This document shows positions 12,968 to 25,695 of a DNA stretch of 64,000 bases, piece by piece. This DNA comes from Squalus acanthias (Eukaryota): contig CM059432.1 of assembly GCA_030390025.1 (NCBI GenBank), positions 85,624,001-85,688,000 of the forward strand. Reading direction: 5' to 3'. The first letter of the stretch is position 1; every line of letters starts with the position of its first letter. The notes under the pieces were generated by a model. That model saw only the letters and a list, made by a program, of their open reading frames with translations, searched no databases and was not told the DNA's origin. The position numbers and the translations under genes are program-made.

Positions 12968-13094
12968 ACATAGGCCATTCAGCCCCTCGAGCCTGTTCTG
13001 CCATTCAATTAGATCATGGCTGATCTGTACCTCAACTCCATTTACCTGCCTTTGCTCCATATCCCTTGATACCCTAACCTAACAAAAATCTATC
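12968..13094 (-). mobile_element. CR1 3' tail fragment
   Basis: Reverse complement resembles the CR1 3' end (GATCAGCCATGATCTAATTGAATGGCAGAACAGGCTCGAGGGGCTGAATGGCCTA). Confidence 0.8.
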
Positions 13095-13290
13095 GGAAAA
13101 ACTGTGAGTGCTGGAAATCTGCCATACACACAGAAAAATATTAGAAACATAAAGCAGGTCTGATAGCATCTGAATGGGAAAAAATCAGTTTTAATGCTTG
13201 GCAGAATTCTAACAAAGTGCTTTCACTTGAAACGTCTGCTTATCTTTCCTCTTTCTGATGTCGATCTATCTGCTATGCATTTCCAACATT
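13095..13290. repeat. Degenerate Penelope-associated palindromic repeat
   Basis: TGCTGGAAATCTG head like the 40290 insert. Decayed core CTAACAA-AGTG-CTTT-CACT-T-GAAACGTC at 13209-13236. Confidence 0.4.
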
Positions 13291-14638
13291 GCATAGACAG
13301 AAGAAAACAAAACAATGTTTAAGTTAGCTCTTTTCTCTGGTTTGTTTATTTTTCTGAAATGTTACTGATAGTGAGAACTGCCTCTCTAAAGAGTCTAAAA
13401 CATAGAGCAGCACACAGAAAATGCACAAACCTTGTTATTCAGAATATAATCACAGACCTAATTCTACATCTATGTTCTTAATAGTTAAATCAATGCAGTA
13501 TATGTGTGAACTATAGCCTTCACTTTTCCAAATCATAATCACTTGGTTAAGTTGTAAATGTTCATGTTACTTCATTAAAACCCAATGGCGCCATAATTTG
13601 CTGTAAAAGTGAATCTAACGGTGCCGTTAGTTAGACTTGCCTTGCACGTTTAGGTTTTTAACATTTTTGCGTGGCAAGTTGCTGAAAGTGCGAGCTGATA
13701 ACGTCACCGCGAGGGAATCAGGGTTTCTGGGACCTGAGTGAACAGGGAAAACAACTGTGTGTCTCCTTAACCATTTAGATTGAAGGATTGCGAAATTAAC
13801 AGCACAAGGACTGAGAAGGAAGTATAAATTAGAGTGGATGAATTCAATGTCAAATTGGGTACAGAAAGCTAAATAAAGAGAGGGAAAGAAAGATTGCATT
13901 AAGAGAGAGAAAAAGAGACAGAATGGAAAAGTAAAAAAAAATTAAATTTAAAAATGACTCTAACTACTGTTTTAGCAGGTCCCTTGAAGGTAATCAATCT
14001 GTGCCATGTTTTGTTATTGCAGATCCATAACTAACAACATAAATAACCATAAACCTTTATAGTTACAATCTTTTTAGAAGTATTAATGAATCTATTTAAT
14101 TTACAGATTTCAGTAAGTGTTCCAAATTATTGATTTTTATCATTTAACATCTTAGAACCTAAGACAGAACATGTTTTATTGTCTACTGTACGTAGCATAA
14201 CGCGATAAAGTCATCAGTACAAAAACGTCCGACAATTGTTGACTCCTTATACTAGTTTCAGAAGGATAGGCAGGCTAAATTTTTTATTAGTCTATTTCTA
14301 TTTCAACAATTTTTAAGATACTGAACTTTAAATAGAAGGTCATTAAATATTTTATAAGGAAGAAGGCAGGAAAATTGCCACCTCATTGACTGCACTCACT
14401 CATCTGTCATAATGCCATGTCTATATTTAAACTGTTAATCATAAAATAATTACTTGTGTAATCCCAGGCAAATTATACAAGTTGATGGTGTTGCCTGTGT
14501 GTTACTAGTGCCAGTAGCTAATACTGTAATGTGAAAATGAGGGTCATTTTTTAACTTTGTACTAGCAATTGGAGCTTTACCTGCCAAAGGCGCATATTGG
14601 AAATATGTGTGCGCACTGTGCACAATTTTTCAACCATT

Positions 14639-15382
14639 GGCCCAGAAATTGATCTCGCTCTGTTCCCGCGGGGGTAAGCCTTTCCCGCGATGTCTCACCT
14701 CGCTTATGCTTTTTCTGATCCAGCTCGCACGAAATTGATGTTCCAGACATCAGCTGTGCTGGGCTTGCGTATCCCAGCGGCGTAGTTAATTCGTGCGAGC
14801 TGTGGGATCACGTGACTCAGTTAGAGCCAATGGCAGCACACCATCTTCCATTCATAAGTCTCACAGCATGGCTGAGAGACTTATGAATCTTACACCCCCC
14901 CAAAATAACAGCTAAACCTCAATTAAATTTTAAAAAAAACCCATCACATTAATAAAATAAGTATAGTTAATTAAATTAACCATTTTAAATAAAAAATTAA
15001 ATTTTTGAAAAAATTTAAAATCTTTTAAAAAGTTATAAAAATAAACTTACCTGTCTTTAAAGTCTATAAAAAAGATATACCTGTAAAAAAAAATTCAAAA
15101 AAATACTTAATTCACTACTTACCTTCTTAAAAGCGGGTCTTACTCCTCCTTTTTACATTTCCAAAATCTTCAGTACTTACCTGCGCGTCCAAAGCATGAA
15201 GTGCACAGCGTGCGCGCAGCCTGTAGCGCGCACGCGATGCACTCCGGCCCCGCCCCCTTTTCGGAAGAGCAATTGCCGGTTTTCAGCGCATGCGCAGGGC
15301 ATGCAGAAAACCGGCAATTGGAGTGGGAATACGCGAGAGTACGCAGTGCGTACTCTCGCGCACCGAGATCAATTTTCGGCCC
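14639..15382. mobile_element. MITE with internal hairpins
   Basis: TIRs GGCCCAGAAATTGATCTCG / CGAGATCAATTTTCGGCCC (16/19 match), flanks ATT/ATG, AT-rich core. Confidence 0.75.
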
Positions 15383-15489
15383 ATGATTTGTGCAACATGC
15401 ATCTGAATTGCTGATATGCACTTCTCAGCGGTCAAGGCTCCCTACGGATAGCACAAAGTCAGGGATTAATAATGTGATGTGGACACCAT

Positions 15490-15917
15490 GGGCTGGATTT
15501 TGAATGACCCATGGAGTCGGGTTTGGAGGCGTGTGGGGGGTTAAATTTGCGGGGTCGGGGTTTCCGACCCCATCCCGACTCCATCCCGCCTCCACGCAAT
15601 TTTGACAGAATCAGTCGCGGGGTTCCCGACTCCGTCCCGCCTTCAAGAGGCGGGAGAGGCCATTATAGCCCTTAACAAGCTCTAAATTGGCTCTGTAATG
15701 CCATTTTGAAATGCTGTAGCTAGTTTAACCCTCTTCTGACGTGAAGCACGCCTGGTGTGAAACACTCCAGTGAAACCTGGCGGGAGCACAAGTGGATAGC
15801 TGACTATTGGCTGCAGGTGCACTATTACAATGGAGATGTGATGAAGGTAGTAGTATTAGGTCTGAACGTCGCCTCTGATGCTGCTGCATTGAATGTCTTC
15901 AGAGACTGCCTGGGAGG

Positions 15918-15958
<41 letters not shown>

Positions 15959-16236
15959 ACAACCCCCTTTTTACATCCAGGTCCACTCACATCAAAAGCC
16001 AGGCAGGTCCTCTCTCACCAACAGTCTCTGAGACTAGGCAGTCAGCAATGATGACATCATCAGAGGCGACTTTCAGACTGAAACCACTAATTCGTTCATG
16101 GGTTCCCACATGCTGGAACTCAATTGCCTAATTAAGTGAAAATTGCATCAGGCATCCACATTAATCTGGAGTCGGGGGGGAAACACGAAATGCGGATTAC
16201 ACGACCCCAACCCGACCCCAAGACAAAATCCAGCCC
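15490..16236. mobile_element. Non-autonomous Harbinger derivative of the 3587-7123 family
   Basis: Perfect 13-bp TIR GGGCTGGATTTTG / CAAAATCCAGCCC and TSD CAT. The last ~195 bp closely match 6930-7123. Internal (CT)n at ~15921-15954. Confidence 0.9.
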
Positions 16237-16314
16237 CATGCCACCAGCCCAACGCAGCTGCTATATCTGACAATACACAATTGGGCTGACCTTGCTGGAT
16301 AAAGCACATTAGTG

Positions 16315-18951
16315 CGTGGAGATAAGAAATAGCAGGGGGCAGAAATCAGTAGTGGGAGTAGATTATAGGCCCCCTAACAGTAGCTATACCATAGGACAGA
16401 GTATTAATCGAGAAAGAATAGGAGCATGTAACAAAGGTAATGCAATAATCAAGGGGGACTTTAATCTTCATATAGATTGGGCAAATCAAATTGGCAAGGG
16501 TAGTCTGGAGGACGAGTTCATAGAATGCATTCGAGACAGTTTCCTAGAACAATATGTCATGGAACCAACCAGGGAACAGGCTATTTTGGATCTAGTTTTG
16601 TGTAATGAGACATGGTTAATTAGTAATCTTATAGTAAAGGATCTTCTAGGGAAGAGTGATCATAATATGATAGAATTTCACATTAAGTTTGAGAGTGACA
16701 TTCATAAGTCGGAAACTAGAGTCTTAAACCTAAATAAAGCCAATTACATAGGTATGAGGGGCAAGTTGGTTAAGGTAGATTGGGAAACTAGATTAAAAGG
16801 TATGATGGTAGATAAGCAGTGGAAAACATTTAAAGAAATATTTTAATATTCACAACGAATATACATTCCATTGAGAAATAAAAAATCCACGGGAAAAGTG
16901 ATCCAACTGTGGCTAACTAAAGAAGTTACGGATAGTATTAGATTAAAAGAAGAGGTTTATAATGTTGCAAAGAATAGTAGTAAGCCTGAGGATTGGGGGA
17001 GCTTTAGAAACCAGCAATGGATGACCAAAAAATTGATAAAAAGGTAGAAAATGGAATATGAGAGTAAATTAGCAAGAAATATAAGAACAGATTGTAAGAG
17101 CTTCTACAAGTATGTAAAAAGGAAGGGAGTAGCAAAAGCAAGCATTGATCCCTTAGAGGCTGAGACAGGAGAACTTATATTGGGGAACAAGGAAATAGCA
17201 GTGACCTTAAATAAATATTTTGTATCTGTCTTCACGGTAGAAGACACAAAATGTATACCAAAAATAGTGGGGAACCAAGGGGCTAATGAGAGTGAGGAAC
17301 TTAAAGTAATTAATATCAATAGAGAAAAAGTACTTGGGAAACTAATGAGACTAAAAGCCGACAAATCCCCCTGACCTGATGGCCTACATCCTAGAGTTCT
17401 AAAAGAGGTGGCTGCAGAGATAGTGGATGCATTGGTTGTGAACTTCCGAAATTCCCTAGATTCTGGAAAGGTCCCAATGGATTGGAAGGTAGCTAATGTA
17501 ACCTCGCTATTCAAGAAAGGAGGGAGAGAGAAAACAGGGAACTACAGGCCAGTTAGCCTGACATCAGTCATTGGGAAAATGCTGGAATCCATTATTAAGG
17601 AAGTGGTAACAGGGCACTTATAAAATCATAATATGATTAGGCAGAGTCAACATGATTTTATGAAAGGGAAATCGTGTTTGACAAATTTATTAGAGTTTTT
17701 TGAGGATATAACTAGCAGGGTATATAAAGGGGAACCAGTTAATATAGTATATTTGGATTTCCAAAAGGCATTCGATAAGGTGCCACATAAAAGGTTGTTA
17801 CACAAGATAAGGGCTCATGGGATTGGAGGTAATGTATTAGCATGGACAGAGGATTGGTTAATGGACAGAAAGCAGAGAGTTGAAATAAATGGGTCATTTT
17901 CAGATTGGCAGGCTGTAACTAGTGGGGTGCCGCAAGGATCAGTACTTGGGCCTCAGCTATTTACAATCTATATTAATGACTTAGATGAAGGGACAGAGTG
18001 TAATGTATCCAAGTTTGCTGATGATACAAAGCTAGGTGGGAAAGTAAGCTGTGAGGAGGACACAAAGAGCCTGCAAAGGGATATAGACAGGTTAAGTGAG
18101 TGGGCAATAAAGTGGCAGATAGAGTATAATGTGGGGAAATGTGAGGTTATTCATTTTGGTAGGAAGAATAGAAAAATAGAATGTTTTTTAAATGGTGAAA
18201 AACTATTAAATGCTGATGTTCAGAGAGATTTAGGTGTCCTCGTACAAGAAACATAGAGAGCTAGCCTGCAGTTACAGCAAGCAATTAGGAAGGCAAATGG
18301 CATATTGGCCTTTATTACTAGTGGGTTAGAGTACAAAAGTAAGGAAGTCTTGCTACAATTGTACAGGGCTTTGGTGAGACCACACCTGGAGTACTGTGCA
18401 CAGTTTTGGTCTCCTTATCTAAGGAAGGATATACTTGCCTTAGAGGCGGTTCAACAAAGGTTCACTAGACTAATCCCTGGGATGAGAGGGTTGTCCTATG
18501 AGGAGAGATTGAGTAGATTAGGCCTATACTCTTTGGCATTTAGAAGAATGAGAGGGAATCTCATTGAAACATATAAGATTCTGAGGGGGATTGACAGGGT
18601 AGATGCTGAGAGATTGTTCCCCGTGGCTGGAGAGTCCAGAACTAGGGGGCATAGTCTCAGGATAAGGGGTCGGCCTTTTAAGACTGATATGAGGAGGAAC
18701 TTCTTCACTCAGAGAGTTGTGAATCTTTGGAATTCTCTGCCCTGAAGGGCTGTGGATGCTGAGTCGTTGAGTATATTCAAGGCTGAGATAGATAGATTTT
18801 TGGACTCTAGGGGAATCGAGGGATATGGGGATAGGGCAGGAAAGTGGTGTTGAGGTCGTAGATCAGCCATGATCTTACTGAATGGTAGAGCAGGCTCAAG
18901 GGGCATATGGCCTGCTCCTGCTCCTAATTCTTCTGTTCTTGTGTTCTTACG
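16315..18951 (+). mobile_element. CR1 LINE, 5'-truncated, several stops
   Basis: APE and RT fragments ([21 protein letters not shown]) and tail TTCTTGTGTTCTTACG. Confidence 0.95.
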
Positions 18952-20214
18952 TTAGTCATTGGCATAATTTACTGGTCTCTCATGATGCTCCTGGAATGCC
19001 AGAGATGTATTGCCAGGTGCCAACAACCAGTGAAGGGCTGCTGCCTGCCCGTTATGTATCAGGCACTTTCCTGGGTTAGACGGAGACAGTCGATGGGGAG
19101 TTAAGGGGAACAGCTGGAGCACCAAGCAAGGAGCAACTAGCTAGCTAGGCAAGCCAGGGAGACAAAGTGCAGATGTCCAAATTTTTCAAAAAAGTTGGAA
19201 TAGCAGTGTCCCCTTCCGCACCCATGCCCCTCAAATTGGCTCTGTGTGGATGGAGTACTACTCAGGAACTTGAGCCACATTATGGGCCAGCCGCCTCGTT
19301 TGCATGGAGCGCGGTGACTTCTTGAGCCTAGTCAATTTGTGCACAGGCTTCTATCCCCTTTGTGCTCTCTGCCTGCATTGGGGTGCACTGAACACTATGA
19401 GCATACTGTAAGGCCACTGCACCCAATTTTCTGGGGAACAGGCACTCAATCTGCATCAGGCTTCCACCATCACATACTCTACCTCTAATGTCACTTGAGA
19501 TACATGAATACATTTACAAAGAAAGCAAAATAAGGCAAGTACATTCTGCCATTAAGTGCACAGTATTATTAATAATTTCTTATTATTTTACCAGTGTAGT
19601 GCTGTTAAAGTGTTGAACATAACAGCTGGCTGAAAATGTTGTAATTCCTAATAATGGGCATTTCCTATGATTCCTGTCAGGAGGCTTCTTTTGGAAATAT
19701 TATTTAAATCAATAACAATGGGTTTAAGTTAATAACAATGGTTTGTATCTTTAAAAGTAAAAGTGTTCGAGCGCATTTTACAAATGTGCACTCCAGGCAA
19801 GGAGTGCTCCTTATGATTTTCCTTTCATTAGTGGAGCCTTATTCATTAACGGACAGAAAATTCTGGGGAGTGCACCTGCGAATTCTCGATATGTGCTGCT
19901 ACCTGCCAGAAGCATAATTTCGAAAAGCACTCTGTTATGTAATACTAAACTGCATAAACACCACTGTGAGCTCTCGTCAATTTGTAAAATTTCAAAACAA
20001 AATATTAAAACTGTTGCTTTCCATTTCCTTAAAAACCATGTTGTCTCCCTCTGAATCATCTTTCCTTGTTTTATTTATATTTGTAAAAGGTTCCATTCAT
20101 AATGCTGCAACCTTTCAATGACACTTCCTGCCAAAGATTCAAAACCAACACAATTGTGAAATAAATTATGTGAAATATACTAATCAGTTCTTTGTGTTTT
20201 GTTGTATCTTGCAG

Positions 20215-22296
20215 ATTCTGGCCATCATATCCATCTTGTTCATCGTGTTGTCAACTATTGCCTTGTCTCTCAACACCCTTCCTGAACTTCAAGATATGGA
20301 TGAGTTTGGACAATCCAACGACAATCCACAACTTGCCCACGTTGAAGCAGTGTGCATCGCATGGTTCACAATGGAGTACCTTTTGCGTTTCTTATCATCG
20401 CCAAATAAGTGGAAGTTTTTCAAAGGTCCATTGAATGTAATTGATCTTTTGGCTATCTTGCCATATTATATCACAATTTTTCTCACAGAATCAAACAAGA
20501 GTGTGCTCCAGTTCCAGAATGTTAGACGAGTTGTTCAAATATTCCGTATCATGAGGATACTGAGAATTCTTAAACTGGCCCGGCATTCAACAGGACTGCA
20601 GTCATTGGGTTTCACTCTCAGGAGGAGCTACAATGAATTAGGTTTGCTAATATTGTTTTTGGCTATGGGCATTATGATATTTTCAAGCTTGGTATTTTTT
20701 GCTGAAAAAGATGAAGATGCAACAAAGTTTACAAGCATTCCTGCATCTTTCTGGTGGGCTACTATCACTATGACAACAGTTGGATATGGGGACATCTATC
20801 CCAAAACACTGTTAGGCAAAATAGTTGGAGGACTTTGTTGCATTGCTGGAGTGCTAGTGATAGCCCTGCCTATACCAATCATTGTAAACAACTTCTCGGA
20901 GTTCTACAAAGAACAGAAAAGGCAAGAGAAAGCAATTAAGAGAAGGGAAGCACTTGAAAGAGCTAAAAGAAATGGAAGTATTGTCTCCATGAACTTGAAA
21001 GATGCATTTGCTCGCAGCATGGAACTTATGGATATCGTTGTTGAGAAAGGGGAGGATAATGTGATTAAACAAGAAAACCCCCTGGACAATCACCTTTCAA
21101 CATGCAACTGGAAGTGGGGAATGTCTGAAACAAGCTCCAATAAGTCTTTAGAGTCTAAATACCAGGAGCTAAGCCGGCATAACTCAAATGAGCGGTTGAA
21201 TAACCCCAGCTCCAGCCCACAGCATCTGAATGCTCAGAAGCTGGAGGAAATATACAATCAAATGACAAAGACACAGTCTCAACCAAATCTTAATAGTGGC
21301 AAGACAGAGCAGTCTATTAAATCATGTATACATGAAGAAGAACTAGAAATGGAAGAAGTTCCTCACTCAACTGACACATTGCTCACTGCTCCCACAGAGC
21401 CAATATTGGACATGCGGAGTATATCTAGCATTGACAGCTTTGCTAGTTGTACCACTGAATTTACTGAAGCTGAAAGGTCACCACACCCTTCAAAGATACC
21501 CGAGCAAGTGCATCTGAGATGGATTGCTGGCACTGGTCCCCTTAATGAGCATCAGTCTTTCGTGACTGGGGAAAACAGCATGGTCAGAGATGGTGCTTGT
21601 GAACTCAATGACGTAGAGCAGCCAGGGTGCTCCAACTTAAACAGTACAGTGGAAAGCCCCAAGAGCTCACTGAAAGGCAGGAATCCTTTGAAATCTAGGT
21701 CACTTAAAGTAAATTTTATGGAAATTAAAAGCGGTACTCCTCAGACACCACCAAGTACAGCCAGACCACTGCCAGTGATAGTGACAGACTTATCATTGCC
21801 TTCACCTAAGCATATCAGCACCATTCTGCTAGAGGATAACTCTCCTCAGGGTGAGAGGCTACCCTTGGGTACCGATATACCAGCTTTCCAGCAGGCATCC
21901 AGAAAAGGATCACCACAACTATTGCCTAAGAAGAGACTTGTTGCTTTCCAAGCAAGAGGGAGGAAGAGTTGCATTGATATAGACAGTGGCGAAGATGAAG
22001 AGTTACTGGTGGAAGAAGAGGCATACCACAATAACCAGCAGGAAGCCAGGCAGAACTGCTGCATTGGAGCACTTAATAAGCACAGCAAGGATGAAAACTA
22101 CATTGAAGATGTGTCTGTTGTGGATGCTGTTTCTCCAAATTACACCAGTCAAAACTGCACACACAGTGTAGCAGGAGATGGCAAAAAAGACGGCAACCAA
22201 GCTGGATACAAAATGGAAAATCATTTGTTTACACCGGAAATTCACATGAAACCTGGGGAAGGAGGTTATTCATCCTCATGTGAAACCAGCATGTGA
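20215..22296 (+). CDS. KCNB2: Voltage-gated K+ channel Kv2.2, terminal coding exon (S1-S6, pore, C-terminus)
   Basis: Polypyrimidine tract and acceptor TTGCAG|ATTCTG at 20214/20215. S4 [13 protein letters not shown], pore TVGYGD and PIP motifs. Kv2.2-type residues [15 protein letters not shown] and [13 protein letters not shown], and C-terminal ETSM. The first 15 aa of the listed ORF are intronic. Confidence 0.93.
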   Translation: MLAIISILFIVLSTIALSLNTLPELQDMDEFGQSNDNPQLAHVEAVCIAWFTMEYLLRFLSSPNKWKFFKGPLNVIDLLAILPYYITIFLTESNKSVLQFQNVRRVVQIFRIMRILRILKLARHSTGLQSLGFTLRRSYNELGLLILFLAMGIMIFSSLVFFAEKDEDATKFTSIPASFWWATITMTTVGYGDIYPKTLLGKIVGGLCCIAGVLVIALPIPIIVNNFSEFYKEQKRQEKAIKRREALERAKRNGSIVSMNLKDAFARSMELMDIVVEKGEDNVIKQENPLDNHLSTCNWKWGMSETSSNKSLESKYQELSRHNSNERLNNPSSSPQHLNAQKLEEIYNQMTKTQSQPNLNSGKTEQSIKSCIHEEELEMEEVPHSTDTLLTAPTEPILDMRSISSIDSFASCTTEFTEAERSPHPSKIPEQVHLRWIAGTGPLNEHQSFVTGENSMVRDGACELNDVEQPGCSNLNSTVESPKSSLKGRNPLKSRSLKVNFMEIKSGTPQTPPSTARPLPVIVTDLSLPSPKHISTILLEDNSPQGERLPLGTDIPAFQQASRKGSPQLLPKKRLVAFQARGRKSCIDIDSGEDEELLVEEEAYHNNQQEARQNCCIGALNKHSKDENYIEDVSVVDAVSPNYTSQNCTHSVAGDGKKDGNQAGYKMENHLFTPEIHMKPGEGGYSSSCETSM

Positions 22297-22876
22297 CTAT
22301 GGATAAAGTAATATTAATTTTTCTGAATCTTTAGAACTGCTAGGAGGATGATGCCTGCTAATAAGAAAATGAAATGGCATAATTCATGTGCCTATGGTAT
22401 TTTTGCATGGCATGATCAATCTTTTAATCCAGCCGCTGTTTGGCTCAAAATTTCAGAGACTGCATTTCTGCAGACAAGGGATTTGAGGACAGTAGGACAA
22501 AACTAAGGGTTCCATGTGGAGTCCAAGTACTGTAAAGTTTGGTGATGTTTCACCTTTTCACTAATAAGACTAGAATCATTTTATGCTACCACAAGTTCAC
22601 TACACTGGAATATTTTAGGATTTGCACAAAGCGAGGACAAAATGTACATGCATGCATTAGAAACCAATATGAAACAGAGGTGCTTAGAGCCTGTAAAATA
22701 TGATTCTTTGTAAATAGTTGGGAATATGCCAAGAACTCATAAAATGAATCAATTACAGTAAAAACAATTATTCTGATGCACAGTCTTTTTCCTTCACAGC
22801 ACACTGCCTGGAGGAGGTTTATAAAGTCTTGTTGCAAAGTTGCAACCAGTAAAGAGAAATAACAAATACATCAACC

Positions 22877-23680
22877 TGGGGTTTCCTCCTGATTTGTGCC
22901 CAGATACACGGACAATCTGGGCGCAAATAAGTTAAACAGCATAAAAGATTGCGTAAATTTGAACATAAAATGACTTACACCCGTAACTGCAATACGCCTA
23001 AGTATCCGCAATCTTTTAAGTGTGTCTATTGAACCCTGCACCTGAACGAGTCCCCGCCCAAAAAACTGGCCATGTCCCATCACCGGAGCACGTGAGTTTC
23101 TTCCAATGAGCTTGTTCGGGGGTGGGGTGCTTCATTCAATTGCGCCCAGATTTCTCAGGCGCAAAGGCACCCGTGGCGACAAGAATCCTGTGCAAGTCAG
23201 CTGACTAGCAATGACCAGAAGTGAATTAAAGCCTCAGGTCTGCTCTACTGCTGCAGAAATCTTACATCCTTAAAAGAACCTTGAAGGATGCCGCATTTTC
23301 TGGCTATTGCTCTGCAGGGAGGGAAAAGTTAAAAATACTTCAGACTCTGTAGAGAACAATTTTAATTAATCACTGTAAAATTACTGTGACAGACATAAGT
23401 GCTGCTTATCTTGTAGTCTCCAGCCTCACTCTGAAGAGGAAAGTGTTTTCCTCACCTTTTATATTACCCCACCCTAGCGCCTTGAGGCCCCATTGGCTCT
23501 GTTCAAGTTACGAATCGATTACGCTGCTTGATTGTGTTGATTCATGGGAAATTTTATGTTCGGGCTTACGTTAATTAATTTGCGCGGAAATTTAGCGCAA
23601 TGTCACCTCAGGCCAGATGGGTGTAGTGTCGGGCGCGTTTTGGGCACAATTTCCCAATTGAGCCCAGGGAGGAAATTCCA
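22877..23680. mobile_element. Old MITE-like element just downstream of the KCNB2 stop
   Basis: Imperfect inverted ends CTGGGGTTTCCTCCTG / CAGGGAGGAAATTCCAG, with TGTGCCC/GGGCACA sub-terminal motifs. Confidence 0.5.
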
Positions 23681-24283
23681 GACATCATTTCATTCTATCC
23701 CAATTGTGTATATGTTCATTAAAAAGGGGGCAGAAACTATTTTACTTAGGATATATTTATTTGTAATAAGAGGATATTAAGTTAAGATTTGCATAAATCT
23801 GTTAGTTTAATATATTTTTGTTAAATCTGAGTTTTGAAAGAATGGGGAGGATTTAATGACCAGGAATCAGAATGCACAGCATTGGTCTCTCACTGGTTTA
23901 TCTTATATTGATACTTGCCAAATAGTCATTACAAATGGATAAACTGTATTTTTCTTGTCAGAATTCTATTTTTATGGGTTATTTGAATAATATATTTGTG
24001 TATTTTGGAGGACCCTAGATTACCACAAAAGTTTAAAGGGTTTTCAGGGGAATAATTATGTTATGTTGCCCTTCTAAACTTTGCTGACTCCAATGTTAAT
24101 GTTATGTGTCCGTTTGTCTAAGTTCTTGTCCATCACAAGATAAGTAATTAAACATATTTTTCACTTCCTCAAAATTGATGACTGGTCAGAATTTAAACTA
24201 CCTACAGTTGGAAATTTTCCTATGGAGCCATCTGACAGTTTATTCTGGAGATTCCTGGTGTATGGTCATTAATTCTCATCATA

Positions 24284-24387
24284 GGGGAAAATTTCCTCTC
24301 TGAATTATGTGTAACAAAACTGTAAAGCTGTTCTTTATAAATGGGTTTACAGTTCTTTTACACATAGTGCACGCAGGAAACTTCCCC
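24284..24387. mobile_element. 104-bp palindromic mini-MITE
   Basis: TIRs GGGGAAAATTTCCT / AGGAAACTTCCCC, TSD ATA on both sides. Internal arms TATGTGTAA..ACTGTAAA / TTTACAGT..TTACACATA. Confidence 0.65.
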
Positions 24388-25695
24388 ATAGATTGTTAAG
24401 TTCTTGTCGTTGTACAGATAATGTACCTGCTAATGTGTAAAATTTCACATATTTCATTTGCACTTTGGTTAATGTCATTGTTTAAGTGGTGTACTGTGAA
24501 TAACTTCTGTACCATTAATTTGTTAACGAGAGAATACTGAAAGCAAATCTTTTAGTTAGTTTTAATCGGTCAGTTTTATTTACAGCATTGATAGGATAGA
24601 TAATTTTCTGATGCACTAAACTAATGCCAGTCAGACACTGTTGAACTGCGTTTTCTGTACACGTCAGTATGTTCTAACACAGTGGAGCCATAATGCAATG
24701 ACTTTAACCTGCATTCAACCTGTGGTTTGATATCTTAAATTGTGGAAGTAATATCATGTTTCTTTCTCACCGAGCAACTAATATCAATTTTTGCTTTCTT
24801 TATTTCTGACAAATAACACTGCAGAATATTTTTAAAATAATGAAAACAAATCTTTACGTTTGATAGCATTTTGATACAGGCTATGTCAGACAGATTGCTA
24901 TGAAGGCATCAGTAGAGTGCGAGTGATATATGAATAGGTAATATATATCTTGAAACTGATAGCTGTTTTTGCTGTTTCATGGAAAAATAACTTTTGATGA
25001 AATGAAAATACCTGAGCACTCCTAATGGAACTGGCTTCGGAGAGCAAGGTGGGGCATAAAAAGGAAAAGTGACTGGAAAAATGTTAACATCTCATATTTC
25101 ATCTGCCAGAGAAGAAAGACTTTGAATGAAACCAGGTGGGATTTTCTGTGTGCCTCTTTGTGCATGAATCATTCACAAGACAGTCAAAATGTTAGCTTCT
25201 ATTCAGATAGGCCACTAATATATACTGTTAATCAAAAATCAGTGAGGCAGAACTGTTAAAATGTAAAGCTTAAGTATTAATAATTGTATCAGGAAAAAGA
25301 TTGATCATGAAAAAGAAATCAAAGTGCCCTTTCTAGCACTAATAACACATTTATAATCACTAGCAAATAATTATTTTAATCTGGGGGAAAGTCATGCTGT
25401 CACAATTTATTTAATTATTCAAGTGTCCATATATAAACCAATAAAATCAGATCTGCAATACATCTGTAGCATGCTACGGGACCCATTTTATTTTTATGAA
25501 AAAGCTAAGCTATTTTTGCACCATATATTGTGAAACATAAACCCCAAATTTAACTCCTGCCGGGAGTCGTTCAGGGGCGATACGGGGCGATCTGGAAACA
25601 GTCCAGTCCTCTGCAGCATGAGCCCCGGGAGGTAAGGATGTGTCATGCAAATGAGGCCTAGGGGTTAATACCTCCCGGGGCAGGGTAGGCACAAG

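Noticed and set aside
20170..20214. N-terminal [15 protein letters not shown] of the 708-aa ORF as a real protein start
   Set aside because: It begins at GTG and is the polypyrimidine tract and acceptor of the intron; the T1-domain exon lies outside the window.
20215..22296. KCNB1 (Kv2.1) assignment
   Set aside because: Diagnostic residues and the ETSM terminus fit Kv2.2 better, although a few S1-S2 residues are Kv2.1-like.
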